Shown here: positions 27,201-37,036 of the stretch, in pieces
Layout: every line of letters starts with the position of its first letter
Position numbering within the stretch: position 1 is the stretch's first letter
NCBI GenBank assembly: GCA_963710755.1
Contig: CAVQBK010000003.1
Location: 992,001 to 1,056,000, forward strand
DNA: 64,000 nucleotides
DNA from: an uncultured bacterium
GTDB taxonomy: Bacteria; Oederibacteriota; JAAXVQ01; JAUVAV01
Direction: 5' to 3'
The notes under the pieces: model-generated
What the model saw: only the letters and a program-made list of their open reading frames with translations
What the model was told of the DNA's origin: nothing
Database searches by the model: none
Translations under genes and position numbers: made by a program

Positions 27201-27967
27201 GGCTTAATAATGCTGCTGATCTTATTAAGGCCGGTACAGCTACCCTTTCCACGGTTATTTCAGCCCGTGATGACATTATGAATTACCTTATTTCCAAAGA
27301 TTTGGAACCATCCTTGGCTTTCAAAATAATGGAATCCGTTCGCAAAGGTAAGGGGCTGACGCCGGAGTGGGAAACAGCCATGAAAAACCATAAAGTACCC
27401 GAGTGGTACATCGAATCCTGTAATAAGATTAAATACATGTTTCCCAAGGCCCATGCGGTGGCTTATTGCATTATGGCCTTCAGGATAGCTTATTTTAAAG
27501 TACATTTCCCAACTGCTTTTTATGCCAATTACTTTTCTTTAAATGCGGAATCCTTCGATGCCCAACTGGTGGTTTTTGGAGGGTTGCAGGGGGTTAATAA
27601 TAAATTAAAGGAACTTAAAGGCCGCCAGGATTTGACGGCCAAGGATAAAAATGCTCAGACCGTACTGGAAGTTGTCCGGGAAGCCTTTGCCCGGGGCATT
27701 GAATTTAAACCGGTGAACATGGCCATCTCCGCGGCCGAAACCTTCAAGATCCTGGGGGACAAGCAAATTATCCCACCTCTGATATCCTTAAACGGCCTGG
27801 GTCTGACGTGCGCCAAAAAAATTGTCCAGGAAAGGGAGCTCAGGCTTTTCCGGTCAGTGGAGGATTTGAGCAAGCGTACGGGAGCCAATAAAAACGTCAT
27901 CGAAATCATGACTCAGCATGGATGCTTGACCGTATTGCCGGCCAGCGATCAAACGTCGTTGTTTTAA
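24218..27967 (+). CDS. polC: DNA polymerase III, PolC-type, without embedded exonuclease
   Basis: OB fold precedes the PHP domain (RVELHAH, AITDHG, TGDVH). Also GSRGSVGSS, a Cys4 Zn finger, PDIDLNFSG, KLDVLGHDDPT, KIKYMFPKAHA and a C-terminal clamp motif QTSLF. Start is ATG 24218 (GGAGA RBS) or GTG 24206. Confidence 0.97.
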   Translation: MSCDVRLESIALTPLLKNVLENLEIADHMKKHVLSAQASSVTVTTKPPTILIQLLSNHAIEKPALEALSQSLSETWDQPSPPRIVWDLHYPNGQVSALAYLQEHWQDLLVVFSKEVNMAAAYLSLVRFQALEEGKIKIALANKMSLAALKKQEGDKKISRLLSERLQREIQVKFELGNFEEEVKHREALYEQRIREELERMQQEKDLGPQSDGQDRPHGGKPQKAAWKLVFGRSIAGQPRPIKEINEEEKNVVFEGELVAFEKKVLRTGRQLVLMDIYDKTSSINARMFVDAEQQVSSEIKCGAYVRIKGSVQTDKYSQDLCMMVNSVMVGEKERRHDLMAAQDKRVELHAHSQMSAMDALPEVKQLVAKAAEFGHPAVAITDHGVVQGFPEAMAAASAHGLKVIYGVESYLIEDEWLKDKKPKRPYHIVILVKEFKGLRNLYRLTSEAHLKYFYRHPRIPRSLLEKYREGLIFGTACEQGELYRRLLEGANDQELAVIAGRYDYVEIMPNGNNQFLIRNGVVKDDLELQAINKRLVAIAQSQGRPVVATGDVHFLEPGDEIFRCILQAGQGYDDAAQQAPLYFHTTEEMLKEFDYLGEPLAKEVVIQGPQKVAGWIEKIEPLKLDFYPPKLPDAEAKLEKMALSRAHEIYGTPLPEVVDQRLKREITAINHNKFASLFLIARELVQKSLADGYLVGSRGSVGSSLTATMLGITEVNPLPGHYLCTSCRHVAWDVEGRMGADLPDEQCPVCGLVMSKQGMDIPFEVFMGFKGDKTPDIDLNFSGEYQSRAHKFLEELFDADHIFRAGTISTVADRTAYGFVKKYLDDNKLVLREAEINRLTRGCAGVKKTTGQHPGGIMIVPADMSIYDFTPVQRPADDKNSDVVTTHLDYHAIHDALLKLDVLGHDDPTSLRRLGDWTGVDVRSIPLDDPETLKIFSGLDSLGLSEADIHTGIGTLGIPEFGTEFVRQMLDITKPKAFSELVRISGLSHGTDVWLNNAADLIKAGTATLSTVISARDDIMNYLISKDLEPSLAFKIMESVRKGKGLTPEWETAMKNHKVPEWYIESCNKIKYMFPKAHAVAYCIMAFRIAYFKVHFPTAFYANYFSLNAESFDAQLVVFGGLQGVNNKLKELKGRQDLTAKDKNAQTVLEVVREAFARGIEFKPVNMAISAAETFKILGDKQIIPPLISLNGLGLTCAKKIVQERELRLFRSVEDLSKRTGANKNVIEIMTQHGCLTVLPASDQTSLF

Positions 27968-27988
27968 TGGTCACGGTCTTGTTCGAGA

Positions 27989-28918
27989 TCAGCCTACCAG
28001 TCGTATTTCCGGTTCCAGCCAAACCCCTTTTTGCGTCTGCACTTCCTGTTGCATATGGTGCATGACAGCTTCCACGTCCGTAGCCGTGGCGCTGTTCCAG
28101 TTAATAATAAAATTGGCATGATGCTCAAAAACCCGGGCACCACCCGCGCTGTAGCCTTTGAGGCCGCAGTCTTCTAGTAACTGGCCTGAAGGCATGCTGT
28201 GCGCATGGTCGTTTTTAAAGACGCAGCCGGCAGAAGGCCAATCAAATTGATGCTTACTGGTACGGTCACGAAGATGAAGGTCACTCTGGGTCTTGACATG
28301 TTCAGGATCTTCAGGCCTCAGCTGCAAAACCGCTTCCACGATAGTCCACGGTTGGGTCTGGAATAGGGAATGTTTATAGGCAAACTGACACTCGCCCCGG
28401 GTGAGTGTTTTTATTTTGCCCGCACTGTCCAGGGCTGTCACTTGTTCAGTTATATCGGCAAAAGAGGATCCGTAGCAGCGGGCATTCATGAAAAGCCCCC
28501 CACCGACGAAGCCGGGCAGGCCACAGGCCCACTCAAAGCCGCCAAGACCAGTTTGTATGGTGAAGGCGGTCAGGGCAGCCACCGGTAAACCAGCACCTAC
28601 TTTGACACGATGATTTTCCAATAATTCCAGGTGATCCAACCGGGAGGTACTAAGTACCAGTCCCTGAAATCCTGGGTCGCGAAAGAGCACATTGCTTCCG
28701 CCTCCCAAAATAAAAGTGGCCAATTTCAAATCATGGGCTGCCTGCAACAACGCCTGTAGGTCGGCTAATGAGTCCGGGGCAGCAAAAGCTGCGGCCGGTC
28801 CGCCGCATTTAAAGGTGACCAAGCCGGCCGTGGGGTAATCCATCAGCACAGGAGTAGTTCCGGCTAGGTTCTGTAGGTCAGAGAGTTGATCCTTCAAGAT
28901 GACATCCGATCTTACCAT
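27989..28918 (-). CDS. murB: UDP-N-acetylenolpyruvoylglucosamine reductase
   Basis: GGGSNVL, PGFVGGGLFMNA, PSAGCVFKN, HANFIIN and LEPEI. Confidence 0.95.
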   Translation of the reverse strand: MVRSDVILKDQLSDLQNLAGTTPVLMDYPTAGLVTFKCGGPAAAFAAPDSLADLQALLQAAHDLKLATFILGGGSNVLFRDPGFQGLVLSTSRLDHLELLENHRVKVGAGLPVAALTAFTIQTGLGGFEWACGLPGFVGGGLFMNARCYGSSFADITEQVTALDSAGKIKTLTRGECQFAYKHSLFQTQPWTIVEAVLQLRPEDPEHVKTQSDLHLRDRTSKHQFDWPSAGCVFKNDHAHSMPSGQLLEDCGLKGYSAGGARVFEHHANFIINWNSATATDVEAVMHHMQQEVQTQKGVWLEPEIRLVG

Positions 28919-29148
28919 TGGGAAGACAATCGTCCTCCGTAACAGTTAAAAATGGGTTATCCGTTTTAAAAAGTCCACTTGGGCAGGGCTGGGCAATTTC
29001 CTACCTTTTTCTATAGCAATCACGCACATTTTTTCCGGCGTTTGACCACACCATCCGGGATTGATAGGATGATAGTAAACTCCGATAGGGTTTGGCAACA
29101 AAAAAACAGATGGCGCACAGAGGCCGGCTTGGGCTTCATATTTTTTGC

Positions 29149-29177
29149 TTGACTTGAAGCAGAAACAGCCCTATTCT
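29149..29177 (+). promoter_or_regulatory. Sigma70 promoter of nusA-infB operon
   Basis: TTGACT-17 nt-TATTCT. Confidence 0.7.
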
Positions 29178-29203
29178 ACTGCCTTAAGTTGAGTCTTTGC
29201 GCG

Positions 29204-29239
29204 AAAGAGTGGGACGACTAGGCCCACTCTTTTTATTTT
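29204..29239 (+). promoter_or_regulatory. rimP-leader-like terminator/attenuator hairpin
   Basis: AAAGAGTGGG-ACGACTAGG-CCCACTCTTTTTATTTT, matching the GAGTGGG/CCCACTC hairpin commonly found ahead of rimP-nusA-infB. Confidence 0.75.
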
Positions 29240-29353
29240 AGGCCCCCAAAGGAACGCTGCCTTGTCGGCGAAACTTGGGGGCAACACGCATGGGCTTCAG
29301 CCTGAGCATGGTGATGTCAGCCAATGTGCTTGCATAAAAAAAAGGTGATGACT

Positions 29354-30877
29354 ATGAACTTTGAAATTGTAGAAGTAATGCGTCAGATTGAACGTTCCCG
29401 CAAGGTAGAACGGCATGTATTGATTGAAGCTATTGAAGCAGCCTTGATTTCAGCCTCCCGTAAAAATTACGGCGCTGCCCAGGATATCCGGGTGGAATTT
29501 AATGAAGCTACCGGTGAACTGGTGGCCCATGTGCGCAAGGAAGTAGTGGAAGATGTGCAGGAAACCTGGCACCAAATAGCTTTGGAGGAAGCCCAACGCC
29601 TGAATCCCCAGGTTCAGCTGGGAGATATTGTGGAACAAACCATGTCGCCTTCTGATTTCGGGCGCATTGCTGCTCAAACCGCCAAACAGGTGGTACTGCA
29701 GCGGGTTCGGGAATCGGAACGCAATGCCAATTATGAAGAATTCAAGAAGCGCCTAGGAGAATTAATCAACGGGTCGGTTATCAGGATCGAGCATAAAAAT
29801 GTCATCATCGACCTGGGAGAAACGGAAGCCATTCTTCCAGCCCGGGAACAAGCGCCCAAGGAATATTACCAAAGCGGCGATCGCATTAAGGCCTATGTAT
29901 TGGATGTTCGCCGCAGCAACCGTGCCCCCCAGGTAATCCTGTCACGCAGCCATCCCGGATTGATTAAAAAAATGTTTGAAATGGAAGTCCCGGAAGTTGC
30001 CGAAGGCGTGGTGGAAATCAAGGGTGTAGCTAGGGAAGCCGGCTCGCGTTCCAAGGTCATGGTTTACAGCAGTGATAAAAATGTTGATCCTGTGGGTGCT
30101 TGCGTGGGTATCAAGGGATCACGCATCCAATCCATAGTGCGCGAGATTCGCGGAGAAAAAATCGACGTTATTCCGTTTTCTGAAGATATTACCACTTTGC
30201 TAAAAGCAGCCCTGCAGCCGGCTAAAATACAAAACGTGGAAATGATAATGGACAAAAAACAAGCCACGGTGGTGGTCAAGGAAGACCAATTGTCCTTAGC
30301 CATTGGAAAAAACGGGCAGAATGTACGCCTGGCCTCCAAACTTACGGGCTGGAAAATAGATATTGTCAGTGATACCCAGAATCAGGAACAAATGCGGCGC
30401 AAGGCCGAAGAAGCTTTTATTCAAGCGGCGCCACCATTAAATAAAATTAAAGGCATCAGTGAGAAACTGGCTGCTGTGCTGGGTGAAGCGGGCTATGGCA
30501 CCGTGGCCCAGCTCCAGGGCATCACGGCCGAGCAATTGGCCGAGCTGCCAGGAATTGGTTTGAAAACAGCCGAGAAAATATTGGCGGCCGTTAGCAGCTA
30601 TCTGCCCACCAAGGAAACACCCAAAACGGAACGTACGGCCGAGGAATTGTTTGCCAGTTGGGGAAAACCGGAAGCCGAGGGCAAAGTTGATGAAAAAGTG
30701 GTTCGTGCCCGGGATTTATTTTCCGGGTTGGACCAGTTAAAGGAAGAAGAACAGGAAAGCAAGGAGAATGCTGATCAGATCCAGTCAGAGGAGGACAAGC
30801 CAGCCATCGCGGAAGCACCATCAGAAGAGGATCTAAACGAGGGGTCTGCATCAGAGGAAGAAGGTGAAAGTGAATGA
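29354..30877 (+). CDS. nusA: Transcription factor NusA with HhH and acidic C-terminal extension
   Basis: FGRIAAQTAKQV, AREAGSRSK, DPVGACVG and LAIGKNGQNVRLA. Start set at MNFEI after an AAGGTG RBS. Confidence 0.98.
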   Translation: MNFEIVEVMRQIERSRKVERHVLIEAIEAALISASRKNYGAAQDIRVEFNEATGELVAHVRKEVVEDVQETWHQIALEEAQRLNPQVQLGDIVEQTMSPSDFGRIAAQTAKQVVLQRVRESERNANYEEFKKRLGELINGSVIRIEHKNVIIDLGETEAILPAREQAPKEYYQSGDRIKAYVLDVRRSNRAPQVILSRSHPGLIKKMFEMEVPEVAEGVVEIKGVAREAGSRSKVMVYSSDKNVDPVGACVGIKGSRIQSIVREIRGEKIDVIPFSEDITTLLKAALQPAKIQNVEMIMDKKQATVVVKEDQLSLAIGKNGQNVRLASKLTGWKIDIVSDTQNQEQMRRKAEEAFIQAAPPLNKIKGISEKLAAVLGEAGYGTVAQLQGITAEQLAELPGIGLKTAEKILAAVSSYLPTKETPKTERTAEELFASWGKPEAEGKVDEKVVRARDLFSGLDQLKEEEQESKENADQIQSEEDKPAIAEAPSEEDLNEGSASEEEGESE

Positions 30878-33165
30878 ACCCGAAAACAAGAGTTTTTGAA
30901 TTAGCCAAAGAACTTCATCTCACCTCCAAAGAACTGGTGGGTGAATTGCAAAAGATGCGCATTCAGGTGAAAAGTCACATGAGTGTGCTTGAAGATGAAA
31001 CGGTTGCCTATATAAAGCGGCATTGGGGTGAAGATGAAATAGTGGATGATACCGTGGTGCCCGGCATGACGGTGGCCCCTCCCGAAGAAAAAAGCAAACC
31101 GCAGGAGCCGACCATTGAAGTGGTTAAAAAAGCTCAGGAGACACAGGAGGCGCCAACAGAACTGGAGTCCGAGGCTGCGGCATCCGTTGAACCCGTACCG
31201 GAAGCACCGACGGTACGGGAAAAACGCCGACCTGAAGAACTGGCCTTGGAAGCTGTTAGACAGGAAGCCGAAGCTGCTGCTACGGCCGCACCCGCAGTGA
31301 AACCAGTTCAGGTTAAAGAATCAACACCTCCTAAGAAGCCAGAACCAGACCCCAAACCGCCTAAGGTTTCGGAGGAACCACAACAACCGGCACCTGTAGC
31401 CCGGGAATTACCAACTCTGAAAGTTAATGAATCCGCCACAGTGGGCGAAGTAGCCGACCGTTTGAACGTCAAACCGGCTGAGGTAATCAAAAAACTGATC
31501 AGTTTGGGTGTTTTTGCCACTATCAATCAGCGTCTGGACCAAGATGTGCTGGAAATTCTTCTGAATGAATACGGCTATGCCTTGGAACTTCAGGAGATGT
31601 ACGGCGAGGACCTGCTTGATCAGAACGAGGAACCGGATAAGCCTGAAGACCTTAAGGCGCGCCCGCCGGTAGTGACCATTATGGGTCATGTCAATCACGG
31701 GAAAACCTCGTTACTTGATGCCATTCGCGAGACTAATGTTATTGAAGGTGAAGCAGGCGGTATTACCCAGCACATCGGCGCCTATCAAGTTATGCTACCC
31801 AACCGTGGAGAGGTCACCTTTTTAGACACGCCGGGGCATGAAGCCTTTACTACCCTTCGCGCCCGGGGCGCGCAGGTGACGGATGTGGTGGTGTTGGTTG
31901 TGGCCGCCGATGATGGTGTGCAACCGCAAACCGTGGAAGCCATTGATCATGCCAAGGCGGCCGGTGTGCCCATTATTGTGGCGGTTAATAAAATTGACAA
32001 ACCAGGAGCCAATCCCGATCAAGTTAAGCAAGAGCTGTCTCATTATCAATTGATTTCAGAAGAATGGGGCGGTAAAACCATTTTTGTGGAGATTTCCGCC
32101 AAAAAGAAAATAGGCATCGACAAGCTGCTGGAAATGATTTTGCTGGAAGCGGAGATGCTGGAATTGAAAGCTAATCCCTCGTCCCGAGCCAAAGGTACGG
32201 TCATTGAAGCCAAACTGGACCGTGGACGGGGTACGGTGGTAACGGCGCTGATAGAGCGGGGGACCATTAAAGTCGGAGATCCCATTGTCGTTGGCGTTCA
32301 ATATGGACGGGTCCGGGCTTTGAATAATGACCGCGGCCAAGCTGTAAAAAATGCCGGCCCAGGCACACCAGTGGAACTTTTGGGGATGTCCGGCATGCCC
32401 TCTGCCGGTGATATCCTGCAAGGGGTGGAAAGTGACAAACTGGCGCGTCAAGTGGCTATGAAACGGCAAATGATCAAACGGGAGCAAGAACTCAAAAAAG
32501 GCAACAAAATCACCTTGGATAACCTGAACAACCAAATCGCGGAAGGGGCGGTTAAAGAATTAAAGATTATTATCAAGGCTGATGTGCAGGGTTCGGCAGA
32601 AGTGTTGAAAGAATCCCTGGAAGGGCTGTCCACGGAAAAAGTGAAATTAACCTGTATTCATAGTGCGGTGGGCAACATCCGTGAGAGTGATATCATGTTG
32701 GCTGCGGCCAGTAACGCAATTCTCCTGGGATTCAATGTTACTCCTGAAAGTGGAGTGGATCAGGCCGCCAAACGGGAAGATGTGGATGTGCGTATTTACA
32801 AAGTCATTTATGAAATGGTGGAAGATGTTAAAGCCGCCATGACCGGACTCTTGGAACCGCATTATCACGAAGTGCCCCTGGGCAAGGCCGAAGTTAAAAC
32901 CCTATTTAAATTATCATCAGGACACTTTATTGCCGGGTCACAAGTCACCACCGGCAAAGTGCTGCGTAATGCCCATGGCAAGGTTGTTCGTCAGGGCGAG
33001 ATTATTCATCAGGGCAAAATTGAATCCCTGCGCCGCTTCAAAGAGGATGTCAAAGAAGTTGGCGTGGGTATGGAATGCGGAATTACCCTCACCGGATTTA
33101 AAGATTTTGAACCTGGTGATATCATTGAAGCCTTTGAATTGGAAGCCGTGGCCCAGAAATTATAA
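30874..33165 (+). CDS. infB: Translation initiation factor IF-2
   Basis: [33 protein letters not shown] and NKID. Confidence 0.99.
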   Translation: MNPKTRVFELAKELHLTSKELVGELQKMRIQVKSHMSVLEDETVAYIKRHWGEDEIVDDTVVPGMTVAPPEEKSKPQEPTIEVVKKAQETQEAPTELESEAAASVEPVPEAPTVREKRRPEELALEAVRQEAEAAATAAPAVKPVQVKESTPPKKPEPDPKPPKVSEEPQQPAPVARELPTLKVNESATVGEVADRLNVKPAEVIKKLISLGVFATINQRLDQDVLEILLNEYGYALELQEMYGEDLLDQNEEPDKPEDLKARPPVVTIMGHVNHGKTSLLDAIRETNVIEGEAGGITQHIGAYQVMLPNRGEVTFLDTPGHEAFTTLRARGAQVTDVVVLVVAADDGVQPQTVEAIDHAKAAGVPIIVAVNKIDKPGANPDQVKQELSHYQLISEEWGGKTIFVEISAKKKIGIDKLLEMILLEAEMLELKANPSSRAKGTVIEAKLDRGRGTVVTALIERGTIKVGDPIVVGVQYGRVRALNNDRGQAVKNAGPGTPVELLGMSGMPSAGDILQGVESDKLARQVAMKRQMIKREQELKKGNKITLDNLNNQIAEGAVKELKIIIKADVQGSAEVLKESLEGLSTEKVKLTCIHSAVGNIRESDIMLAAASNAILLGFNVTPESGVDQAAKREDVDVRIYKVIYEMVEDVKAAMTGLLEPHYHEVPLGKAEVKTLFKLSSGHFIAGSQVTTGKVLRNAHGKVVRQGEIIHQGKIESLRRFKEDVKEVGVGMECGITLTGFKDFEPGDIIEAFELEAVAQKL

Positions 33166-33235
33166 ACGGCCAGAGTAATGAGCGGACTGAGTCAGTCCGT
33201 GCCTGGGGCTGAAAAGGGACCGCAGGTGAGCGACG

Positions 33236-33517
33236 ATGAAGATTGGCTGTTTGCAGGGCGAATTGTTTATCCCAGAAAACCGATCACTGAAAGAGAAACG
33301 CATGCTCTTGCGGCGTCTCTTCGACCGGCTGAGGAATCAATTCAATGTTTCCGTGGCGGAAGTGGACTTTCAGGATTATTGGCAACGTGCCGCCATTGCC
33401 ATTGTTTGTGTCAATACCACTGCCGCCGGGGCGCAGCGAACGCTGCAGCAGGCCCTCAATCTCATCGATCAACTGGCGGAAGCGGAATTAATCAACCCCA
33501 CGATGGATTTAATTTAG
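33236..33517 (+). CDS. ylxP: DUF503 (YlxP) protein
   Basis: SLKEKR and FNVSVAEVD; lies between infB and rbfA. Confidence 0.9.
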   Translation: MKIGCLQGELFIPENRSLKEKRMLLRRLFDRLRNQFNVSVAEVDFQDYWQRAAIAIVCVNTTAAGAQRTLQQALNLIDQLAEAELINPTMDLI

Positions 33518-33722
33518 ATAAGACGTGGCCGGGCTGCTGGGTTGGTCAAACCACAGATCTTTAATACGTCCTCCCCTTCATCCCTGGTGATAAAGGGGAA
33601 ATAATAAAATAAAATTCCCCTCGACTCAAAAGCACTACGGCTTGTTGCCGAAGGCAGTCCCATCAAGTTGGAGTTCATGACTGGTCGGGGCCGAAGGGTA
33701 ATTTAACACACAGAGGTAACTC

Positions 33723-34097
33723 ATGGGCGGAAAACGAACTGATCGCCTAGCTTCCCAATTGATGCGGGAAATCTCGGAGATTATCAGAAGAAAGATGACT
33801 GACCCCCGTTTGGCCTGGCTCTCCGTCACCCATGCCGAAGTCTCCAAAGACATGATGGAGGCAAAAATATTCATCCAAACCCTGGCGGAAGGTGAAAAAC
33901 AAATCGAGGCTTTAAACACGCTGAAACACGCCACGGGATTTATCAAGGGTGAACTGGGCCGTCGTCTCAATTGGCGTACTATCCCTAATTTGCAATTTAT
34001 GCTGGATGACGAATTGGAAAAGAATGAAAAAATATTAAGAGTGCTGGACCAATTGGCCATAGAGAGGGAAAAGAACAATGGTGGAACAGAAGCTTAA
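33723..34097 (+). CDS. rbfA: Ribosome-binding factor A
   Basis: RTDRLA, DPRL and IPNLQFMLD; synteny. Confidence 0.96.
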   Translation: MGGKRTDRLASQLMREISEIIRRKMTDPRLAWLSVTHAEVSKDMMEAKIFIQTLAEGEKQIEALNTLKHATGFIKGELGRRLNWRTIPNLQFMLDDELEKNEKILRVLDQLAIEREKNNGGTEA

Positions 34098-35085
34098 TCG
34101 CGATCCGGACTATGATCGCGAGTTCGAAAATGCCCTCAAAGTTATCAACGAGCATAAACAATTTATTTTAACTACACATATCAATCCCGATGGTGACGGC
34201 CTGGGTTGCGAATCGGCTTTGGTTCTGGCTCTGACCAGCATGGGCAAAAAAGTGCGTATCGTCAATGCTCATCCCATCCCCGATCTTTATTATTTTCTTC
34301 CTCAGCATGATGTATTTGAAGTGGGAGAGTTGCAAGCCACCTCCAAGGATGTGGTAATCTATCTGGAATGTCCTGACGAACAGCGTTCAGGCAATGTGAT
34401 AAAGCAGACCCAGAAGGCGGCCCATATCATCAATATTGATCACCACGTTTTTAATGCCCGATATGGCACAATCAATTTAATTGATCCCACCGCCTCGGCG
34501 GCCGGTGAACAAATTTGGGAATTGGTCAGTGCCCTCAATTGTTCACGTGATCAACGCATGGCCATTGGCATTTATACCGCTATTGCCACAGATACGGGGC
34601 ACTTCAAATATGCCGGGGTTACCCCGAGAACCCATCAAATCATCGGGCAATTAATTGAATTGGGCGTGCAGCCCAGCTATATGAATGAGCAACTTTATGA
34701 ACGGGTGCCCCTGGAAGCTTTGGCCCTTTTGGGCCGGGCGCTTTGCACGGTCAATTATAATCTCGAGAGAACAGTGGGGTGGTTTTACATTACCCGTGCC
34801 ATGCTGGCCGAAACCCATGCCAAACAAAATCAAACCGAGAACTTTGTCAATTATGTCCGGGCTGTGGATGGCGTGCAAGTGGCCATCTTTTTTCTGGAAA
34901 CTGAAGATGAAAAAATAAAAATATCCTTTCGCTCCCGTGGCTCCGTGGATGTTTCTACCATTGCCCATCACTTCGGTGGGGGAGGTCACCAGCGCGCAGC
35001 CGGGGCTCTACTGGAAGGCTCCATGGAACAAGTGCAGGAAAAAGTTTTGGCAGAGGTATTGACGCGCATGTCCCCTAAGGACTGA
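34078..35085 (+). CDS. DHH/DHHA1 phosphoesterase (NrnA-like)
   Basis: HINPDGDG, NIDHH, TDTG, SFRS and GGGGH. Confidence 0.93.
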   Translation: MVEQKLNRDPDYDREFENALKVINEHKQFILTTHINPDGDGLGCESALVLALTSMGKKVRIVNAHPIPDLYYFLPQHDVFEVGELQATSKDVVIYLECPDEQRSGNVIKQTQKAAHIINIDHHVFNARYGTINLIDPTASAAGEQIWELVSALNCSRDQRMAIGIYTAIATDTGHFKYAGVTPRTHQIIGQLIELGVQPSYMNEQLYERVPLEALALLGRALCTVNYNLERTVGWFYITRAMLAETHAKQNQTENFVNYVRAVDGVQVAIFFLETEDEKIKISFRSRGSVDVSTIAHHFGGGGHQRAAGALLEGSMEQVQEKVLAEVLTRMSPKD

Positions 35086-35087
35086 TC

Positions 35088-35981
35088 ATGCATGCCGGAT
35101 TTCTGCCCATGTTTAAACCGACGGGACCAAGTTCCGCTGCTTTTGTGGGGCAAGTACGCCGCCTGCTGGGGGGGCCTAAAGTCGGTCATACGGGTACTCT
35201 CGATCCGGCCGCGGACGGTCTGTTGATCTTGGCTTTTTCCCGAGCTACCTCCTTGATTCCTTATTTACCCACTGACAAACGCTATTTAGCCCACATCAAA
35301 TTAGGGGTGACCACCCACACCCTGGATGCCAGCGGCCGCGTCTTGGAACGCCGGCCGGTGCCGTCATTGGACCAAGCCCGGCTGGCCGATGTGTTGGCGT
35401 CCTTTACCGGCATGATTCAGCAAATTCCTCCTATGGTCTCAGCCCTGCAGGTCAAGGGTAAACGCTTGTATCGTTTGGCTCGGAAGGGGGTGGAGGTAGA
35501 TCGTCCTCCCCGGACCGTCACCATCTATAAGCTGGAGCTGCTTGCCCGCCACCAAGATGAATTGGTCCTGGATGTGCGTTGTTCCTCCGGGACTTATATT
35601 CGTACTCTGGCGGATGACATCGGTCAGGCCCTTGGCTGCGGTGCCCATTTGCAGATGCTAACCAGAACGGAGAGCAATGGATTTGATTCGAGCCAAGTCA
35701 TAACATGGGAAGTCTTATCGCAAACGGAGAATCGTACCCATTGGCAGGATCTGCTTGTTCCGCCCGAAAAAGCTTTGATACACCTGCCTCGGTTGCAGCT
35801 GGATGACCAGCAGGCCCGGGCCGTATGCCATGGCCAACCGGTCAAGCTCTTACAGCCGGTTCAGTGGCCAGCTGATCATCCTGGCTTGGTAATCGGCCCG
35901 GATCAGGCCTTTTTGGGCATGGGCATTATTACGGATCAGCAGCTGAAAATGAACCGGGTATGGTGGCCGCCAGTAGCTTAA
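35088..35981 (+). CDS. truB: tRNA pseudouridine(55) synthase
   Basis: KVGHTGTLDP, QIPPMVSA and CSSGTYIRTL. Confidence 0.97.
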   Translation: MHAGFLPMFKPTGPSSAAFVGQVRRLLGGPKVGHTGTLDPAADGLLILAFSRATSLIPYLPTDKRYLAHIKLGVTTHTLDASGRVLERRPVPSLDQARLADVLASFTGMIQQIPPMVSALQVKGKRLYRLARKGVEVDRPPRTVTIYKLELLARHQDELVLDVRCSSGTYIRTLADDIGQALGCGAHLQMLTRTESNGFDSSQVITWEVLSQTENRTHWQDLLVPPEKALIHLPRLQLDDQQARAVCHGQPVKLLQPVQWPADHPGLVIGPDQAFLGMGIITDQQLKMNRVWWPPVA

Positions 35982-36046
35982 TTCTAGGGTAGCGGCATGC
36001 CTGTGCCCCAGAACTGGGTTAGGCCTACTCGGACAAAGGAAGCGTC

Positions 36047-37036
36047 ATGAACGTTTATTATCGTTTTCCTCAACGCAGAAATCAGTTCCGGGTGATTACT
36101 GTTGGCGTATTCGATGGTGTTCATCTGGGGCATGCCAAATTACTGAAACGGCTGATTACGACTGCGCGGCAACAACACTTTCGCGCTGCGGTGATTACGT
36201 TTGATGATCATCCGCATGGCACCCTAGCCCCGGCTGAACGCCCCCCGCGCTTAGCCACTCCAGCGCAATGCCTTGAGCGCATGGCCTTTCTCGGCGTGGA
36301 CGAAGTATTCCTCATTTCCTTTACTCCCCAATTGGCAGCTTTAACCGCCGACACTTTTGTCAGGACTATTTTGGTGGCCAAACTCGGTGTTAAGCATATC
36401 GTGGTGGGGAAAGATTTTGTTTTTGGCAAGAACGGCCAAGGCAACATTCATTTATTAAGGAAAATGGGCAAGGTTTTGGGATTTGAAGTCACTGTGGTGT
36501 CACCATTGCGCAGAGACCGGCAAGTTGTGAGTTCCAGTACCTTGCGACAATTAATCGCCCGCGGCGCCGTGGCTCAAGCTGCACGCTGGTTAGGGTGGGC
36601 CTACACCCTTCATGGGGTGGTGGAACGAGGCGAGGGCCGAGGCAGCCAGTTGGGCATTCCCACGGCTAATTTAAGAACTACTCATGAGGTGGTCCCGTCA
36701 CCTGGAACCTATGCGGTCCTGGCAGTAATCCAAGGACAGATCTGGCCCGCCCTCTGTCACATTGGTAAGCGGCCGACATTTCACCGTTGGGGACCGGAAA
36801 CCATAGAAACCTACATTCCCGGATGGAAAGGCCGGTTATACGGCGAACGCCTGGAGGTGCAATTCCTCGGGAAGTTACGCCGGGAGAAACGGTTTCACGG
36901 TGCGGCGGCCTTGGTGCAACAAGTGATTAAAGACTGGGCGGACGCCATGTCCTTTTGGCCGGCTGGTATAACGCTCAGACATAAGGATTTACACGGGTTA
37001 ATTAACCACGACCAGAAACATCACGGCAACCTATAG
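36047..37036 (+). CDS. ribF: Bifunctional riboflavin kinase/FAD synthetase
   Basis: GVFDGVHLGH, GKDFVFG, VSSS, LGIPTAN and GKRPTF. Confidence 0.97.
   Translation: MNVYYRFPQRRNQFRVITVGVFDGVHLGHAKLLKRLITTARQQHFRAAVITFDDHPHGTLAPAERPPRLATPAQCLERMAFLGVDEVFLISFTPQLAALTADTFVRTILVAKLGVKHIVVGKDFVFGKNGQGNIHLLRKMGKVLGFEVTVVSPLRRDRQVVSSSTLRQLIARGAVAQAARWLGWAYTLHGVVERGEGRGSQLGIPTANLRTTHEVVPSPGTYAVLAVIQGQIWPALCHIGKRPTFHRWGPETIETYIPGWKGRLYGERLEVQFLGKLRREKRFHGAAALVQQVIKDWADAMSFWPAGITLRHKDLHGLINHDQKHHGNL

Noticed and set aside
29202-29218. CGAAAGAGTGGGACG resembles part of a GEMM riboswitch
   Set aside because: There is no upstream GGCAAACC, and the sequence is fully explained by the rimP-type hairpin.
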